From the NCBI GenBank assembly GCA_039586795.1, contig JBDHJS010000002.1, positions 1 through 64,000 of the forward strand: a DNA stretch of 64,000 nucleotides, in the 5' to 3' direction. This stretch comes from Gemmatimonadota bacterium (lineage in GTDB: Bacteria; Gemmatimonadota; Gemmatimonadetes; Palauibacterales; KS3-K002). Position 1 is the first letter of the stretch. Each line of letters opens with the position of its first letter. This document shows positions 29,825 through 40,700 of this stretch, piece by piece. The notes beneath the pieces were generated by a model. That model had not been told where the DNA came from and searched no databases. It worked only from the letters and a program-made list of their open reading frames with translations. Position numbers and translations under genes: made by a program.

Positions 29825-30624
29825 GCGACGATCGAGTACGATCCGCCCACCTGCTTCACCCGACCATCCTCCACCAGCTTCGCCAGATGCGCCAGCACTG
29901 AGCCTTCAGCGGCGCTAAGGAGTTGCGGATCCAGATCCTCGTAGACCTTCGCACGAATCTCCGGCGGCGTGGCGGCGCCGGCGGCCAGAGCGTCCAGGAC
30001 CTGTCTCTCCCGCTCCAGCCGGTGCTGGATGTACTCGTCGAGCTTATCGGCTGGCTCCTCGATCGGAGAACCGTGCCCCGGATAGATCGTATCGAGATCG
30101 AGCCGGGCCAGGCGCTCCAGCGTCGCCATGTACTCCTTCATATCGCCCTCCGGTGGCGCGATCATCGATGTGCCCTCACCGAGAATCACATCGCCAGCGA
30201 AGAGCGCCCGTGCGTTGGGCCAGTGGAGGCAAATGTGGTCCGCGCAATGGCCGGGGGCCGGTACCGCCTCCAGAAGGCCCCCGCCGAAGTCGACCATCGA
30301 CCCGGCGGACAGGGGAATGTCAGGCGGATCCAGGGCCGCCAGCTCAGCCGACTCGGGGACTGCCGCCAATGGCGCCGCAAGCCGGAGCGTAAGCTCCGCC
30401 GCGCCGTCCGCGTGGTCCGCGTGGTAATGGGTTATGCAAACGGCCGCCACCTCAGCGTTCCCCAACATCACCTCTATCGTATCAAGGTGATCGCCCAACG
30501 CCGGGCCCGGATCGATCACCACGCAGGGAGACGGCCCGAGAACGTAGGTCCGTGTACCGTCTAGGGTCAGTGGCCCCGGGTTGCCAGCGACCACCGTCTT
30601 CACCCAGTGGATCGCCTCAGCCAT
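29821..30624 (-). CDS. MBL-fold metallo-hydrolase (LACTB2-like)
   Basis: NPGPLTLDGT, THYHADH, PGH, GD, PGHG motifs; C-terminal winged helix. Confidence 0.9.
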   Translation of the reverse strand: MAEAIHWVKTVVAGNPGPLTLDGTRTYVLGPSPCVVIDPGPALGDHLDTIEVMLGNAEVAAVCITHYHADHADGAAELTLRLAAPLAAVPESAELAALDPPDIPLSAGSMVDFGGGLLEAVPAPGHCADHICLHWPNARALFAGDVILGEGTSMIAPPEGDMKEYMATLERLARLDLDTIYPGHGSPIEEPADKLDEYIQHRLERERQVLDALAAGAATPPEIRAKVYEDLDPQLLSAAEGSVLAHLAKLVEDGRVKQVGGSYSIVA

Positions 30625-31459
30625 CGCCGTCTCGGTCGTCGTAACCTGGTTCGCCGGGCATCAGCGGGATCACCTCGCCGTCGATCCGACGTAGCCGCGG
30701 CAGGATAGGTAGGATCTCTTGACGTAGGAAGCGCTCCTGCCACTCGGCCACGCTGCCTCCCTCCTCCAACCAGCCCAACGTCCGCGCCGTAGGGAACAAC
30801 ATGCGGAAGTCATAGTCGAAATACCGGTCCAATGCCTCGGCAGGCGTCACCCAAACATGCTCCACCAGCTCGCCAAGCTCGGCGCTCACCTCGGCGTCCG
30901 CCGGCGCTCGGGCCAGGAAGAACCGCGCATCGTATCTCCGGGACAGCGACTCCGGCGTGACCCAGCGCGCGCACAGCACCAGACGGTCACCGGCCAATCG
31001 CTTTCCCAAGGACGACAGGATGTCCATGAACATCTGGCGCCCGGCGACCAGGGCGTCACGCTTCATAGCCAAATCGTCCTCGCTGGCCTCGGGCCCGGAG
31101 GCCAGCAGGACGCCGGTCTCCTCGAACAGTTCACGCAGCGCCGCAATCACGAAGACGCGAGCCGTTGTGCCCTCGGGATCCCCGGCACCTTCCACGGCCT
31201 CAGCCGGAGGCTCATCCAGCCACTCCTCCCATGCTGAATCCGCGTCCGCCACGTCCAGCGTACCCCCCGGAAAGACATAGGCGCCGGCGGCGAAGCCGAC
31301 ATCCGGGCGGCGTCGGACCAGCAGAACCTCGGGGCCCGCATCCGTGTCCCGCGCCAGGATCACTCCGGCGGCGGGTCTTGGCGTCACGGGCACATGGTTC
31401 GGGCCCGCGGACTCCGCCGCGGCCAGCTCCTGAGTTTCCATATGGTAGCGCCGTTTCAT
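30617..31459 (-). CDS. NUDIX hydrolase (Nudt19-like)
   Basis: VFPGG...ALRELFEETG, WVTP..RRYDARFF. Confidence 0.88.
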   Translation of the reverse strand: MKRRYHMETQELAAAESAGPNHVPVTPRPAAGVILARDTDAGPEVLLVRRRPDVGFAAGAYVFPGGTLDVADADSAWEEWLDEPPAEAVEGAGDPEGTTARVFVIAALRELFEETGVLLASGPEASEDDLAMKRDALVAGRQMFMDILSSLGKRLAGDRLVLCARWVTPESLSRRYDARFFLARAPADAEVSAELGELVEHVWVTPAEALDRYFDYDFRMLFPTARTLGWLEEGGSVAEWQERFLRQEILPILPRLRRIDGEVIPLMPGEPGYDDRDGDG

Positions 31460-32337
31460 CTCAGTTCCTCCAGGAACCGGCGAATCTCACCCAGCGTGCG
31501 ATCCCGCTCTTCGACGTGAGGGACGTGCCCGCTCTCATCCAGGACGACCAGCCGGGCGTCCGGAAGCGTGTCAGCAAGTTCCTCAGCCCACTCAAGGGGG
31601 ATCGGGTCATAACGGCCGTGAAGAACGAGCGTCGGGACCACTACCTTCTTCAAGGCGTGTTCGAGCTGCGGGCCCTGGCCCTTGAGACTCAACCATGTCG
31701 CCTGTTGTGCCTGCGCCTGAACGACGAACGGGGTCGATCCCACCGCGTCCCCAGGATCCCGGAAATAGCCGGCGATGCTGATGTCGAAGCGGCGTTGCAC
31801 GTAGGCTTCCGGATCTCGCTCGGCGAGCCCGGAGGTCTCCAGTTCCGCCCGCATCCGATTCACCTCCTCGGAGACCGAGCGGCGGGCGAATTCTTCTTTG
31901 AAGCGGTGATGATAATCGCCCCAGCCGGCCGCCGGAGCCACAAGCACCATCGCGTTCACGCGATCGGGATACTCCGCAGCGTAGAGCAGCGCCAAAAGAC
32001 CACCCCAGCTGTATCCGAGCAAAGTCATCTCGTCGAGACGCCACAGGTTGCGCAGCGCTTCTAGATCGGACACGTGATCGCGCCAGCCGACCCGCGACGG
32101 GTGCGCCACGCGCGACCGCCCTCCCCCGCGCTGGTCGTAGAAGATCAGGCGACGCCCGCCGGCAAGTGGAGCGAAGTGGGGCAGCAAGTAGTCGTGGTGC
32201 GCGCCGGGGCCGCCGTGCAGCACAACAAGGGGGGCTCCTTCACCCACTTCCCGCACGAATAACTGGCCGTCAGGCCCCTCAGCCAGGTAATGCTTCTCGT
32301 TAGGCCACTGCGCTCCGCCAATATCCGTCCTCATCAT
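31456..32337 (-). CDS. Alpha/beta hydrolase, proline iminopeptidase-like
   Basis: HGGPG, YDQRG, GYSWGG nucleophile elbow, SGH. Confidence 0.88.
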   Translation of the reverse strand: MMRTDIGGAQWPNEKHYLAEGPDGQLFVREVGEGAPLVVLHGGPGAHHDYLLPHFAPLAGGRRLIFYDQRGGGRSRVAHPSRVGWRDHVSDLEALRNLWRLDEMTLLGYSWGGLLALLYAAEYPDRVNAMVLVAPAAGWGDYHHRFKEEFARRSVSEEVNRMRAELETSGLAERDPEAYVQRRFDISIAGYFRDPGDAVGSTPFVVQAQAQQATWLSLKGQGPQLEHALKKVVVPTLVLHGRYDPIPLEWAEELADTLPDARLVVLDESGHVPHVEERDRTLGEIRRFLEELR

Positions 32338-32409
32338 CCGCTTGCGCTCGCTCGATCCTTATCTTCCGACGTTGAATTCCACCGGCGCTCCTAATAGACT
32401 TGGGGCGCT

Positions 32410-34158
32410 ATGAACATCTCAATCGATACAGTTGCGCGCGACCCGCGCAACCGGGAGCGACCTTTCCGCGCCCGGGCGGCCCACTGGCTCGCCCTGGCTG
32501 CGATGTGCGTCCTCGCCGCGCCGACAGCGGCGCTTTCTCAGTCCATCGAGCCAAATGCGCTGCTGGACCACGTGAAATACCTGGCCAGCGACGAATTGGC
32601 CGGCCGCGAATCGGGTGAGCCAGGCGCCGATAGGGCCGCCGGCTACATCTCCGGGCTGTTCAAGTCGTACGGCCTGGAATCGCTGGGCAACGAACTCTAT
32701 CAGCAGCCGTTCGAGATCACGACGACGATCAGCGTGGCGCCCGACAGCCGACTCGTCCTCGAGACGCCGAGCGGAAAGCGCGAGCTGAAGCTCGGAGAGG
32801 AGTGGATGCCGTTCAACTTCTCCGGCGCCGGTTCCGCGAGCGGCGGCGTCTTCCGTGCCGGCCACGGCCTCAGCGATGACGACTACGAGGGCGTGGAGTC
32901 GCCGGGCATCGTCGTGCTCCTCGGCGGCACGCCGGAAGACTTCAGCCCTCACGGTTCCGGCATCGACCCGTCGCCCCGTCGTAAAGCCACGACGGCGCGC
33001 GAGAAGGGCGCCGAGGCCGTGTTGGTCCTTCGGCAGCGCCTGGACATGCCGCAAGCCGGAGACCCGCCCCACGCGGTGGGCATCCCGGCCATCCAGATCC
33101 TGGAGACAGATGAGCTCTCCGAATTGCTTGATGATGCCGACCTGAGGATCACACTGGAAGCGAATGTCGAGCCGCTGCGCGTCACGGCCTACAACATCGT
33201 TGGCAAGCTGGCGGGCTCGGACCCTGCCCGCGCCGACGAGATCCTCGTCATCGGCGCCCACTACGACCACCTGGGCATGGGCGGCCCCGGCTCGATGGCG
33301 CCAGAAGAGCGCGTTCCCCACAACGGAGCCGATGACAACGCGTCCGGCACCGCGGTGCTGCTGGGATTGGCGGAGTACTACGCCAAGAACCCTGACGCGC
33401 GCCCGGCCCGCAGCATGGTGTTCGCCGCGTTCGCCGCCGAAGAGATGGGACTGCTCGGCTCCGACTACTTAGTCAACAACCCGCCCTTCTCACTCGATCA
33501 GGTGACGGCCATGTTGAACTTCGACATGGTCGGCCGTTTGAACGAGGGCAGGATGCAGGTGTTCGGAACGGAGTCGGCGGAAGAGTTCGAGACACTGCTC
33601 GATACGCTCGATGCCAACAACGATGACGTCACGCTGAGCTATGTTGGCGACGGTTACGGCCCCAGCGATCAGACGTCCTTCTACGCCAAGAAGATCCCGG
33701 TCCTGCACATGTTCACGGGTACGCATTCTCAGTACCACCGGCCTGATGACGACTGGGAGTTGATCAACGCCGAAGGGATGGCGGCGGTCGCCGAATTCTC
33801 CATCGCGCTGATCGACGAGCTGGCGAACTGGCCCGGCGACCTGACGCTGATCGAGCGGCAGCGGCCACAAGCACAGGGCGGCGGCGGCTACGGACCCTAT
33901 CTCGGTACGATCCCCGACTTCGGCGAGGTCGAAGGCGGCGGCCTGCGCCTGTCAGGCGTACGCGCTGGAAGCCCAGCTGAAGCCGCCGGCCTGCAGGGTG
34001 GTGACGTGGTCATCGAATTCGCCGGCAACGAGATCATGAACATCTACGACTACACCTACGCGCTACGCGATCACGCGCCCGGCGACACAGTTCAGATCAA
34101 AGTCCGACGCGAAGGCGAGGTCGTAGAGCTAACCGCGGTGCTAGGCAGCCGTCAGTAG
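32410..34158 (+). CDS. M28 family aminopeptidase with PA and C-terminal PDZ domains
   Basis: GAHYDHLG, GADDNASG, AAEEMGL, YHRPDD; PDZ YLGTIPD..GSPAEAAGL. Confidence 0.92.
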   Translation: MNISIDTVARDPRNRERPFRARAAHWLALAAMCVLAAPTAALSQSIEPNALLDHVKYLASDELAGRESGEPGADRAAGYISGLFKSYGLESLGNELYQQPFEITTTISVAPDSRLVLETPSGKRELKLGEEWMPFNFSGAGSASGGVFRAGHGLSDDDYEGVESPGIVVLLGGTPEDFSPHGSGIDPSPRRKATTAREKGAEAVLVLRQRLDMPQAGDPPHAVGIPAIQILETDELSELLDDADLRITLEANVEPLRVTAYNIVGKLAGSDPARADEILVIGAHYDHLGMGGPGSMAPEERVPHNGADDNASGTAVLLGLAEYYAKNPDARPARSMVFAAFAAEEMGLLGSDYLVNNPPFSLDQVTAMLNFDMVGRLNEGRMQVFGTESAEEFETLLDTLDANNDDVTLSYVGDGYGPSDQTSFYAKKIPVLHMFTGTHSQYHRPDDDWELINAEGMAAVAEFSIALIDELANWPGDLTLIERQRPQAQGGGGYGPYLGTIPDFGEVEGGGLRLSGVRAGSPAEAAGLQGGDVVIEFAGNEIMNIYDYTYALRDHAPGDTVQIKVRREGEVVELTAVLGSRQ

Positions 34159-34180
34159 CTCTAACGCCGACCAGCATAGA

Positions 34181-34212
34181 AATCGGGGGGTCGCCAAATC
34201 GACCCCCCGATT
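34181..34212. terminator. 13-bp perfect stem-loop between convergent genes, probable terminator
   Basis: AATCGGGGGGTCG-ccaaat-CGACCCCCCGATT. Confidence 0.7.
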
Positions 34213-34244
34213 CTCGTAATCCCCGAATCCCCGAATCGCAGATT

Positions 34245-34727
34245 CTACAGCGGCTCGTCAGCGCCCAACTGGCGACGACCTCTCAGCTCCGGGAAGTAGT
34301 AGACCACGACGCCGCTCTCCGGCTCGTTACCAACATCCACATAGCCGCTCCGGCACATCTCCCGCAGTAGCTCTTCTGCTTCAGCGAACGTATACCCGGT
34401 GATCATCGCCGCCTGAGTGACGGTCAGCTTGCCATCCTGCTTCACGGCTGCGCGGAGCAGCATCTGCTCCGGCGTCGGCTTGGTGTGCCCTCCGCTGGAG
34501 CGCAGGGAGCGCGCCTCTTCCAGCAGGTTGGCTTCGTCTACTTGACGGCGAAGAGTGATCAGATCGATGATCTGACCCACCCCCATCAGCCCCCACGTGA
34601 AGAGCCATAGGAAGCCGGTGCCCCATTTGCCCAGGTACAGGCGATGGAGACCGGCAAACCCGAATAGCCAGCCCGCCCACAAGCCGTAGGCTATGCCTTC
34701 CTTAAACTTCTTTTCGCCTTGTTCCAT
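34245..34727 (-). CDS. TM2-domain membrane protein
   Basis: GFAGLHRLYLGKWGTGFLWLFTWG..GQIIDL; start placed at MEQGE. Confidence 0.85.
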   Translation of the reverse strand: MEQGEKKFKEGIAYGLWAGWLFGFAGLHRLYLGKWGTGFLWLFTWGLMGVGQIIDLITLRRQVDEANLLEEARSLRSSGGHTKPTPEQMLLRAAVKQDGKLTVTQAAMITGYTFAEAEELLREMCRSGYVDVGNEPESGVVVYYFPELRGRRQLGADEPL

Positions 34728-34993
34728 TCCGGCCCGCCGTCTGTTTCGCGCAATCCCGCAGCGCGGCCCGCTCCTATCATCAATGACGTGGTACCAGTGT
34801 GCCCGGGTTTCAACAGGCTGGGGTGCAAGGAACCTAAATCGCACCCCCGCCTGCCTCAAGGTGCCGGCGCCGATTCACAGGCCCGGCACTTCCCTGTCGG
34901 CCTCAGCGGTTCCCGGACGGACTTGATGACCCCACTTCAGAACGACAGAATGTTTGGAGGCCAAACAGGTTACCACTTGCTTGGGGTCTATCT

Positions 34994-36460
34994 ATGAATA
35001 CCCGAATCAGACGCCGCCTATTCGCTCCGGTCATTCTGACCTATGCCCTCGCCCTCGTCGGCTGTCCCGTTAACCCGGCCACGGGAGAGCGGCAGCTGAT
35101 CATCTACAGCGAGCGGCAAGAGATCGAGATGGGGCTGGCGGGGGCCCAGCAGGTCGAGCAGATCTACGGCCTCTACGACGACCAGGCCCTCCAGGACTAC
35201 GTCGACGGGATCGGCCAGGAGTTGGCCGCGGCCTCCGAAAAGCCAGGATTACCGTGGCACTTCAAGGTCGTCGACGACCCCATCGTCAACGCGTTCGCCC
35301 TGCCCGGCGGCCAGATCTTCATGACCCGAGGGATCCTCAGCTACTTCACGTCCGAGGCGGAGATGGCTGCGGTCCTCGGCCACGAGATCGGCCACGTCAC
35401 GGCACGGCATTCCGCAGAACAGATGAGTCGGGCCACGGTCGCCGGTTTGGGGGTCGGCGTCGGCGCCGTCCTCTCCTCCGACATCGCCAGGTACCAGGGG
35501 GTTTTGAGCGCCGGCCTCGGACTCATGTTTCTGAAGTTCGGACGCGACGATGAACGGCAATCCGATGACCTGGGCTTCCGCTACATGAGTACCGTCGGCT
35601 ACAACCCCAGAGAAGCCGCCGACGTCTTTACCATGCTCGGCCGAGTCACCCAGGCGGCGGGCGGCAGCTCGCTACCCGGGTGGCTGTCGACGCACCCGGA
35701 TCCCGGCGAACGGGTGCAGCGGATCAACCAGGCGCTCGATTCACTGGAACGGGCCGGTGTGCAGGTAACCGGCGAAGTAGGCCGCGATCGCTACTTGCGG
35801 CAGATCGATGGGATCGTCTTCGGCGAGAACCCCCGGGAAGGCTATTTCGAGGGACAGCTGTTCCTGCACCCCGACCTGGCGTTCAAGCTCCAGTTCCCCG
35901 ACGAGTGGCAGACTCAGAACACGAAGATGGCCGTTGCGGCGGTGAGCTCAGAAGGTGATGCCATCATCCAGCTGACGTTGGCCGATGCCGCAAACGCGCG
36001 TCAGGGACTCCAGGCCTTCGTCGCCGATTCAGCCATCCAGCAGCGGGGATCATCGTCAAGCTCTACGCTGAACGGCATGCCGGCCGCTTCGACTTACTTC
36101 TACGCCTCCACTCCGGAGGTCCAGCTGGCCGGCCTCGGCGTGTGGGTGGAGTACAATGGCGTCGTCTTCGAGCTTCTCGGCTACACGCTGGCGAGCAAGC
36201 TGCAACAATACGACGGGACCTTCCAAAGCTCCCTCGGTAGCTTCGATCGTGTGACCGACTCGGAGGTCCTCAACGTCCAGCCACGGCGCATCGAGCTGGT
36301 GACGACGGACCGAAATATGACAATCGAGCAGTTCGCTCAACGGCATCCCTCAACCGTGTCGCTCACCACGCTGGCGATCATCAACGGCGTAGAGACTGGC
36401 GCGATGATCTCCGCCGGGACGACGCTCAAGCGCGTGGTGGGAGGACCTGAGGGACGGTAG
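34994..36460 (+). CDS. M48 family metalloprotease lipoprotein (BepA/YggG-like) with C-terminal LysM-like segment
   Basis: Lipobox LVGC, VNAFALPGG, HEIGH, STHP. Confidence 0.9.
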   Translation: MNTRIRRRLFAPVILTYALALVGCPVNPATGERQLIIYSERQEIEMGLAGAQQVEQIYGLYDDQALQDYVDGIGQELAAASEKPGLPWHFKVVDDPIVNAFALPGGQIFMTRGILSYFTSEAEMAAVLGHEIGHVTARHSAEQMSRATVAGLGVGVGAVLSSDIARYQGVLSAGLGLMFLKFGRDDERQSDDLGFRYMSTVGYNPREAADVFTMLGRVTQAAGGSSLPGWLSTHPDPGERVQRINQALDSLERAGVQVTGEVGRDRYLRQIDGIVFGENPREGYFEGQLFLHPDLAFKLQFPDEWQTQNTKMAVAAVSSEGDAIIQLTLADAANARQGLQAFVADSAIQQRGSSSSSTLNGMPAASTYFYASTPEVQLAGLGVWVEYNGVVFELLGYTLASKLQQYDGTFQSSLGSFDRVTDSEVLNVQPRRIELVTTDRNMTIEQFAQRHPSTVSLTTLAIINGVETGAMISAGTTLKRVVGGPEGR

Positions 36461-36488
36461 ACGGTGGGTGGTGGGTGGTAGGTGGTAG
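36456..36488. repeat. Heptamer tandem repeat at convergent junction
   Basis: GGTAGAC GGTGGGT GGTGGGT GGTAGGT GGTAG. Confidence 0.65.
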
Positions 36489-37604
36489 CTATCGGACCTT
36501 GCCGCGGGCGGCGATCGGCCAGACGTCCACTACGTCGTTGCCGTCCAGGATGCAGAGCTCGTCGTGTAGATTGACGGCTGGGCACACGTGGTTCGGGATG
36601 ATCTCAACGACTCCGCCAACAGCTGGGAAGTCCTCGCCCTCCGGTATAGCAACAACCCCGTGCTCTTCGCTCAAACTCACGATTCGCGCTTGGGGCGCTT
36701 GCCTTATGTAACCGTAGCCATCGTAGCCCTCCAGCGCGAAGGCGGTCCGCGCTCGCTCGGCGAAGAGTGATTTGCTACCCGCATCCAGGACTGCACGATC
36801 GGGCTGCGGTCGGCTGATCACCGTGGCCAAGACGCTCAGCGCACACTCTCTCGCCGTCGCCTGCCCAAGCGCCATCTCGTTCACATCGTTGAAGACGTAG
36901 GTGCCCGGGCGCATCTCCGTGATCCCCTCCACCGACGCCGTGTAAGGCGCTGCCGGCGTCGAGCCAACACTCACTTCCTCCACCGCCTGACCCCGCTCGC
37001 GAAGCGCGATTGCTACTTCCATGATCCGTTCGCCGGCGGCGACGGCCCGCTCTTTCATCTGGTCAGCGCTGGTAGCGCCCTCCGGCACATGTCCTTCGTG
37101 TGTCTCAACGCCGCGCAGACGCAGGTGTCCGGCGCGGGCGACTTCATCCGCCAACGCGAGGATCTGTTCCGTCTCGGATAGCCCGCACCGACCCTTCCCC
37201 GTATCCACTTCGATCAGCACATCCAGCTGCTGGCCGGCCGCACCGAACGCCCGTTCGAGGATTCCTACTCCCTCAGAGCTGTCAACGAGAACCGCCACGC
37301 GCACTCGCTCCGCCAGCGCTATGAGTCGGCGGATCTTCTCGCCGCCGATCACCTGGTTGGCGATGAGAATGTCCTCCACGCCTCCATCCGCCATCACCTC
37401 GGCTTCCCCGACCTTGGCGACCGTGACCCCGCTCGCCCCGGCCTCCAGCTGGCGTCGGGCGACATGCGGCGACTTGTGGGTCTTGGTATGCGGGCGCAGG
37501 CGTACTCCGAACTGGTTGGCAACCTTCTGCATCCACTCGATGTTGTGGCGCAGCGCGCCCGAGTCCACCACAAGGGCGGGAGTATCGAGGTCGGACTTCC
37601 TCAT
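36489..37604 (-). CDS. Fold-type III PLP enzyme, D-threonine aldolase / D-serine dehydratase (DSD1)-like
   Basis: RPHTKTHK PLP-lysine motif, EMRPGTYVF, SEEHG, PNHVC. Confidence 0.9.
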   Translation of the reverse strand: MRKSDLDTPALVVDSGALRHNIEWMQKVANQFGVRLRPHTKTHKSPHVARRQLEAGASGVTVAKVGEAEVMADGGVEDILIANQVIGGEKIRRLIALAERVRVAVLVDSSEGVGILERAFGAAGQQLDVLIEVDTGKGRCGLSETEQILALADEVARAGHLRLRGVETHEGHVPEGATSADQMKERAVAAGERIMEVAIALRERGQAVEEVSVGSTPAAPYTASVEGITEMRPGTYVFNDVNEMALGQATARECALSVLATVISRPQPDRAVLDAGSKSLFAERARTAFALEGYDGYGYIRQAPQARIVSLSEEHGVVAIPEGEDFPAVGGVVEIIPNHVCPAVNLHDELCILDGNDVVDVWPIAARGKVR

Positions 37605-37732
37605 ACCGGCTCTCCAGAAACCGTTAGTTGAGTTCAGTACGTCGCGTCAGTATAGCGGCTCTTCGCCGGAATGTGCTAGCTTTTCCGCCCGACCATCACG
37701 TCAATCAATTCCAGCAGCCAGAGGAATTCGTC

Positions 37733-40700
37733 ATGCGTCGCTTTCTAGGACTCGCTCTCGTTTTCGCGGCTCTCACCGCCACGGCTCGGGCACAAGAAGC
37801 CCCCTTCTGGATGCGCTATCCGGCAATCTCGCCCGACGGTAGCACCATCGTGTTCAGCTACAAGGGCGATCTCTACCGGGTGCCAAGCTCCGGCGGCGAA
37901 GCGCGCCCGCTAACCCTCTACGGCGGCCACGACTACATGCCCGTCTGGTCTCCCGACGGCACGTCGATCGCCTTCGCGTCCGATCGGTTCGGAAACTTCG
38001 ACATCTATCTTATGCCCGCTACGGGCGGCTCGGCGACGCGACTCACATTCCACTCCGCGTCCGATTATCCGTCTGATTTCAGTCCCGACGGACAGAATGT
38101 GATCTTTACGTCGAGCCGTCTGGACGACGTGCTAAATCCAGCCTTCCCGACGGGCGCCCTCTCCGAGTTGTACTCAGTACCCGTAATCGGGGGCCGTGTC
38201 ACCCAGGTCCTGACGGTCCCTGCCGAGCTGGCCCGTTACGATCGTGCCGGTACACGGCTCATCTACCAGGACCGCAAGGGCTACGAAGATGACTGGCGAA
38301 AGCACCATGAGTCTTCCGTGACGAGAGACATCTGGCTCCATGACCTTGGGGACGGGACGTTCCGGCGGATCTCGACCTACCCGGGCGAAGACCTCAACCC
38401 GGTCTTCACGCCGGACGAAGCCGGCGCGTACTACCTCAGCGCCGAAAATGGCACCATCAATGTGCACCAAACGTCGTTCGCCGACCCCGGGACATCGCAG
38501 CAGATCACTTCCTTCGAGAATCACCCGGTCAGGTTCCTCTCGAGCTCGACGGATGGCACGCTCTGCTACAGCTACAACGGCGAGATCTACACGCAGAGCC
38601 CCGGCGCCCAGCCTGCTCGAGTGAGCATCACCGTGGCGACGGACGCCCAGCATCGGTCTGAGGAGATCGTGTCTGTGACTTCGGGGGCGACCGAGATGGC
38701 TGTGTCCCCGAGCGGCAAAGAGGTCGCCTTTGTGTACCGCGGCGAAGTCTTCGTCACCTCCCTCGAAACCAGCGTCACCAAGCAGATCACGCAGACGCCC
38801 GAGCAGGAACGTTCGATCAGTTTCAGTCCGGATGGCAAATCGATCCTCTACGCCGGCGAGCGAGGCGGTAGCTGGAACATCTACCGCACGTCCATCGCCC
38901 GGGAGGAAGAACGGTACTTCTTCAACGCCACGATCCTCGATGAAGAACCCGTGCTGGTGTCGGACGCCGAGACCTTTCAGCCGGCCTACTCGCCGGACGG
39001 CAAAGAGGTCGCGTACCTGGAAGACAGGACCACGCTGAAAGTCATCAGCCTCGAGTCTGGAGACACGCGCACCATTCTGGAAGGTCATAGGAACTTCTCC
39101 TATGCGGACGGCGACCAGCATTACCAGTGGTCTCCCGACGGCAAATGGTTTCTCGTGGAGTTCCTGCTGCCCAGTTACTGGATGAGCGAAGTGGGTCTGG
39201 TGCCGTCCGACGGTGCCGGAGAAGTCGTAAACCTGACCCGCAGCGGCTACCCGGACTTTCGCCCCAAGTGGATGATGGGCGGCAAGATGCTGCTCTGGTT
39301 CTCGAGCCGCGATGGACTGAAGAGCCAGGCGAACACGGGATCCACCCAGGCCGACGCCTACGCCATGTTCTTCACGCAGGACGCCTACGAGCGGTTCAGC
39401 TTGACGAAGGAAGAGTACGAGCTGCTTCAGGAGAGCGAGGAAGACGAAGAAAAGGACGAGGAGGATGACAACGGCGACGAAGACGAAGACGCGCTCGAGC
39501 CCATCGAGATCGAGCTCGACGGCATCGAGGACAGAAAGGTGCGACTCACCATCCACTCTTCCCGGCTTTCCGATGCGGTCGTGACGCCCGACGGCGAGAA
39601 GTTGATCTACCTATCTCGTTTCGAGAGAGGGTACGACCTGTGGGTGACGGAGCTCCGGACCCGCGAGACCAAGATTCTGGCCAAGCTTGGGGGCGGTGGC
39701 GGCCAGCTGGAGCTCGACGAGGATGGCAAGAACGTCTTCCTGTTGTCGGGTGGCAGGATCTCCAAGTTCGGCGTGAGCGATGGCAAGCGCACCAACATCT
39801 CGTTCAGCGGCGAGATGGTACTGAACGCGGCAGCCGAGCGCGAGTATCTGTTCGAGCACGTGTGGCGTCAGGTGAGAGAGAAGTTCTACGACCCGAACCT
39901 GCACGGTGTCGACTGGGACTTCATGAAGACGGAATACGCTCGTTTCCTGCCCTACATCAACAACAACTACGATTTCGCCGAGCTGCTGAGTGAGTTGCTG
40001 GGTGAGCTGAACGCGTCACACACCGGCGCCGGCTACCGAGCGCGCAGCGAGAACGCAGACGCTACGGCCTCCCTGGGAGCGTTCTACGATCAGGCGTACG
40101 CGGGTCCCGGGCTCAGGATCGCCGAGGTAATGGCGAAGGGACCGCTGGTGCAGTCAGGCACCCGGATCACGGCCGGCGTCGTCATCGAGCAGATCGACGG
40201 TCAGGCGATCACGCCCACGACCAACTACTATCGGCTTCTGAATCGAAAAGCGGGAAAGAAGATCCGGCTCTCGCTGTTCGACCCCGATTCCGACGACAGG
40301 TGGGAAGAGACGGTCAAGCCGATCTCTTTAGGCAGGGAATCGCAGTTGCGCTATGAGCGTTGGGTCGAGACTCGTCGCGATCTGACGCATGAGCTTTCCG
40401 GCGGACGACTGGGGTACGTGCACGTCCGCAGCATGAGCGACTTCAGCTATCGCACCGTTCACGAGGAAGTGCTCGGCGAGCAGGTGACCAGCGAAGGCCT
40501 CGTCGTGGACACGCGGTTCAACGGCGGTGGCGATCTGGTGAACGATCTCTCCGCCTTCCTCAGCGGAGTGCGCTACATGGACTTCGTGACTCGAACCGGT
40601 CAGGTGATTGGATTCGAGCCGCAGCGTGATTGGACGAAGCCGTCGATCGTCATCGCCAGCGAGGGCAACTACTCCGACGCCCACTGCTTCCCCTACGCGT

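Noticed and set aside
38174..39556. 460-aa minus-strand ORF, and many other long antisense or off-frame ORFs (e.g. 15892-16734, 17911-18807, 32419-33321, 46218-47270, 54960-55850)
   Set aside because: They shadow well-supported genes on the opposite strand, show no family motifs, and are expected in high-GC DNA.
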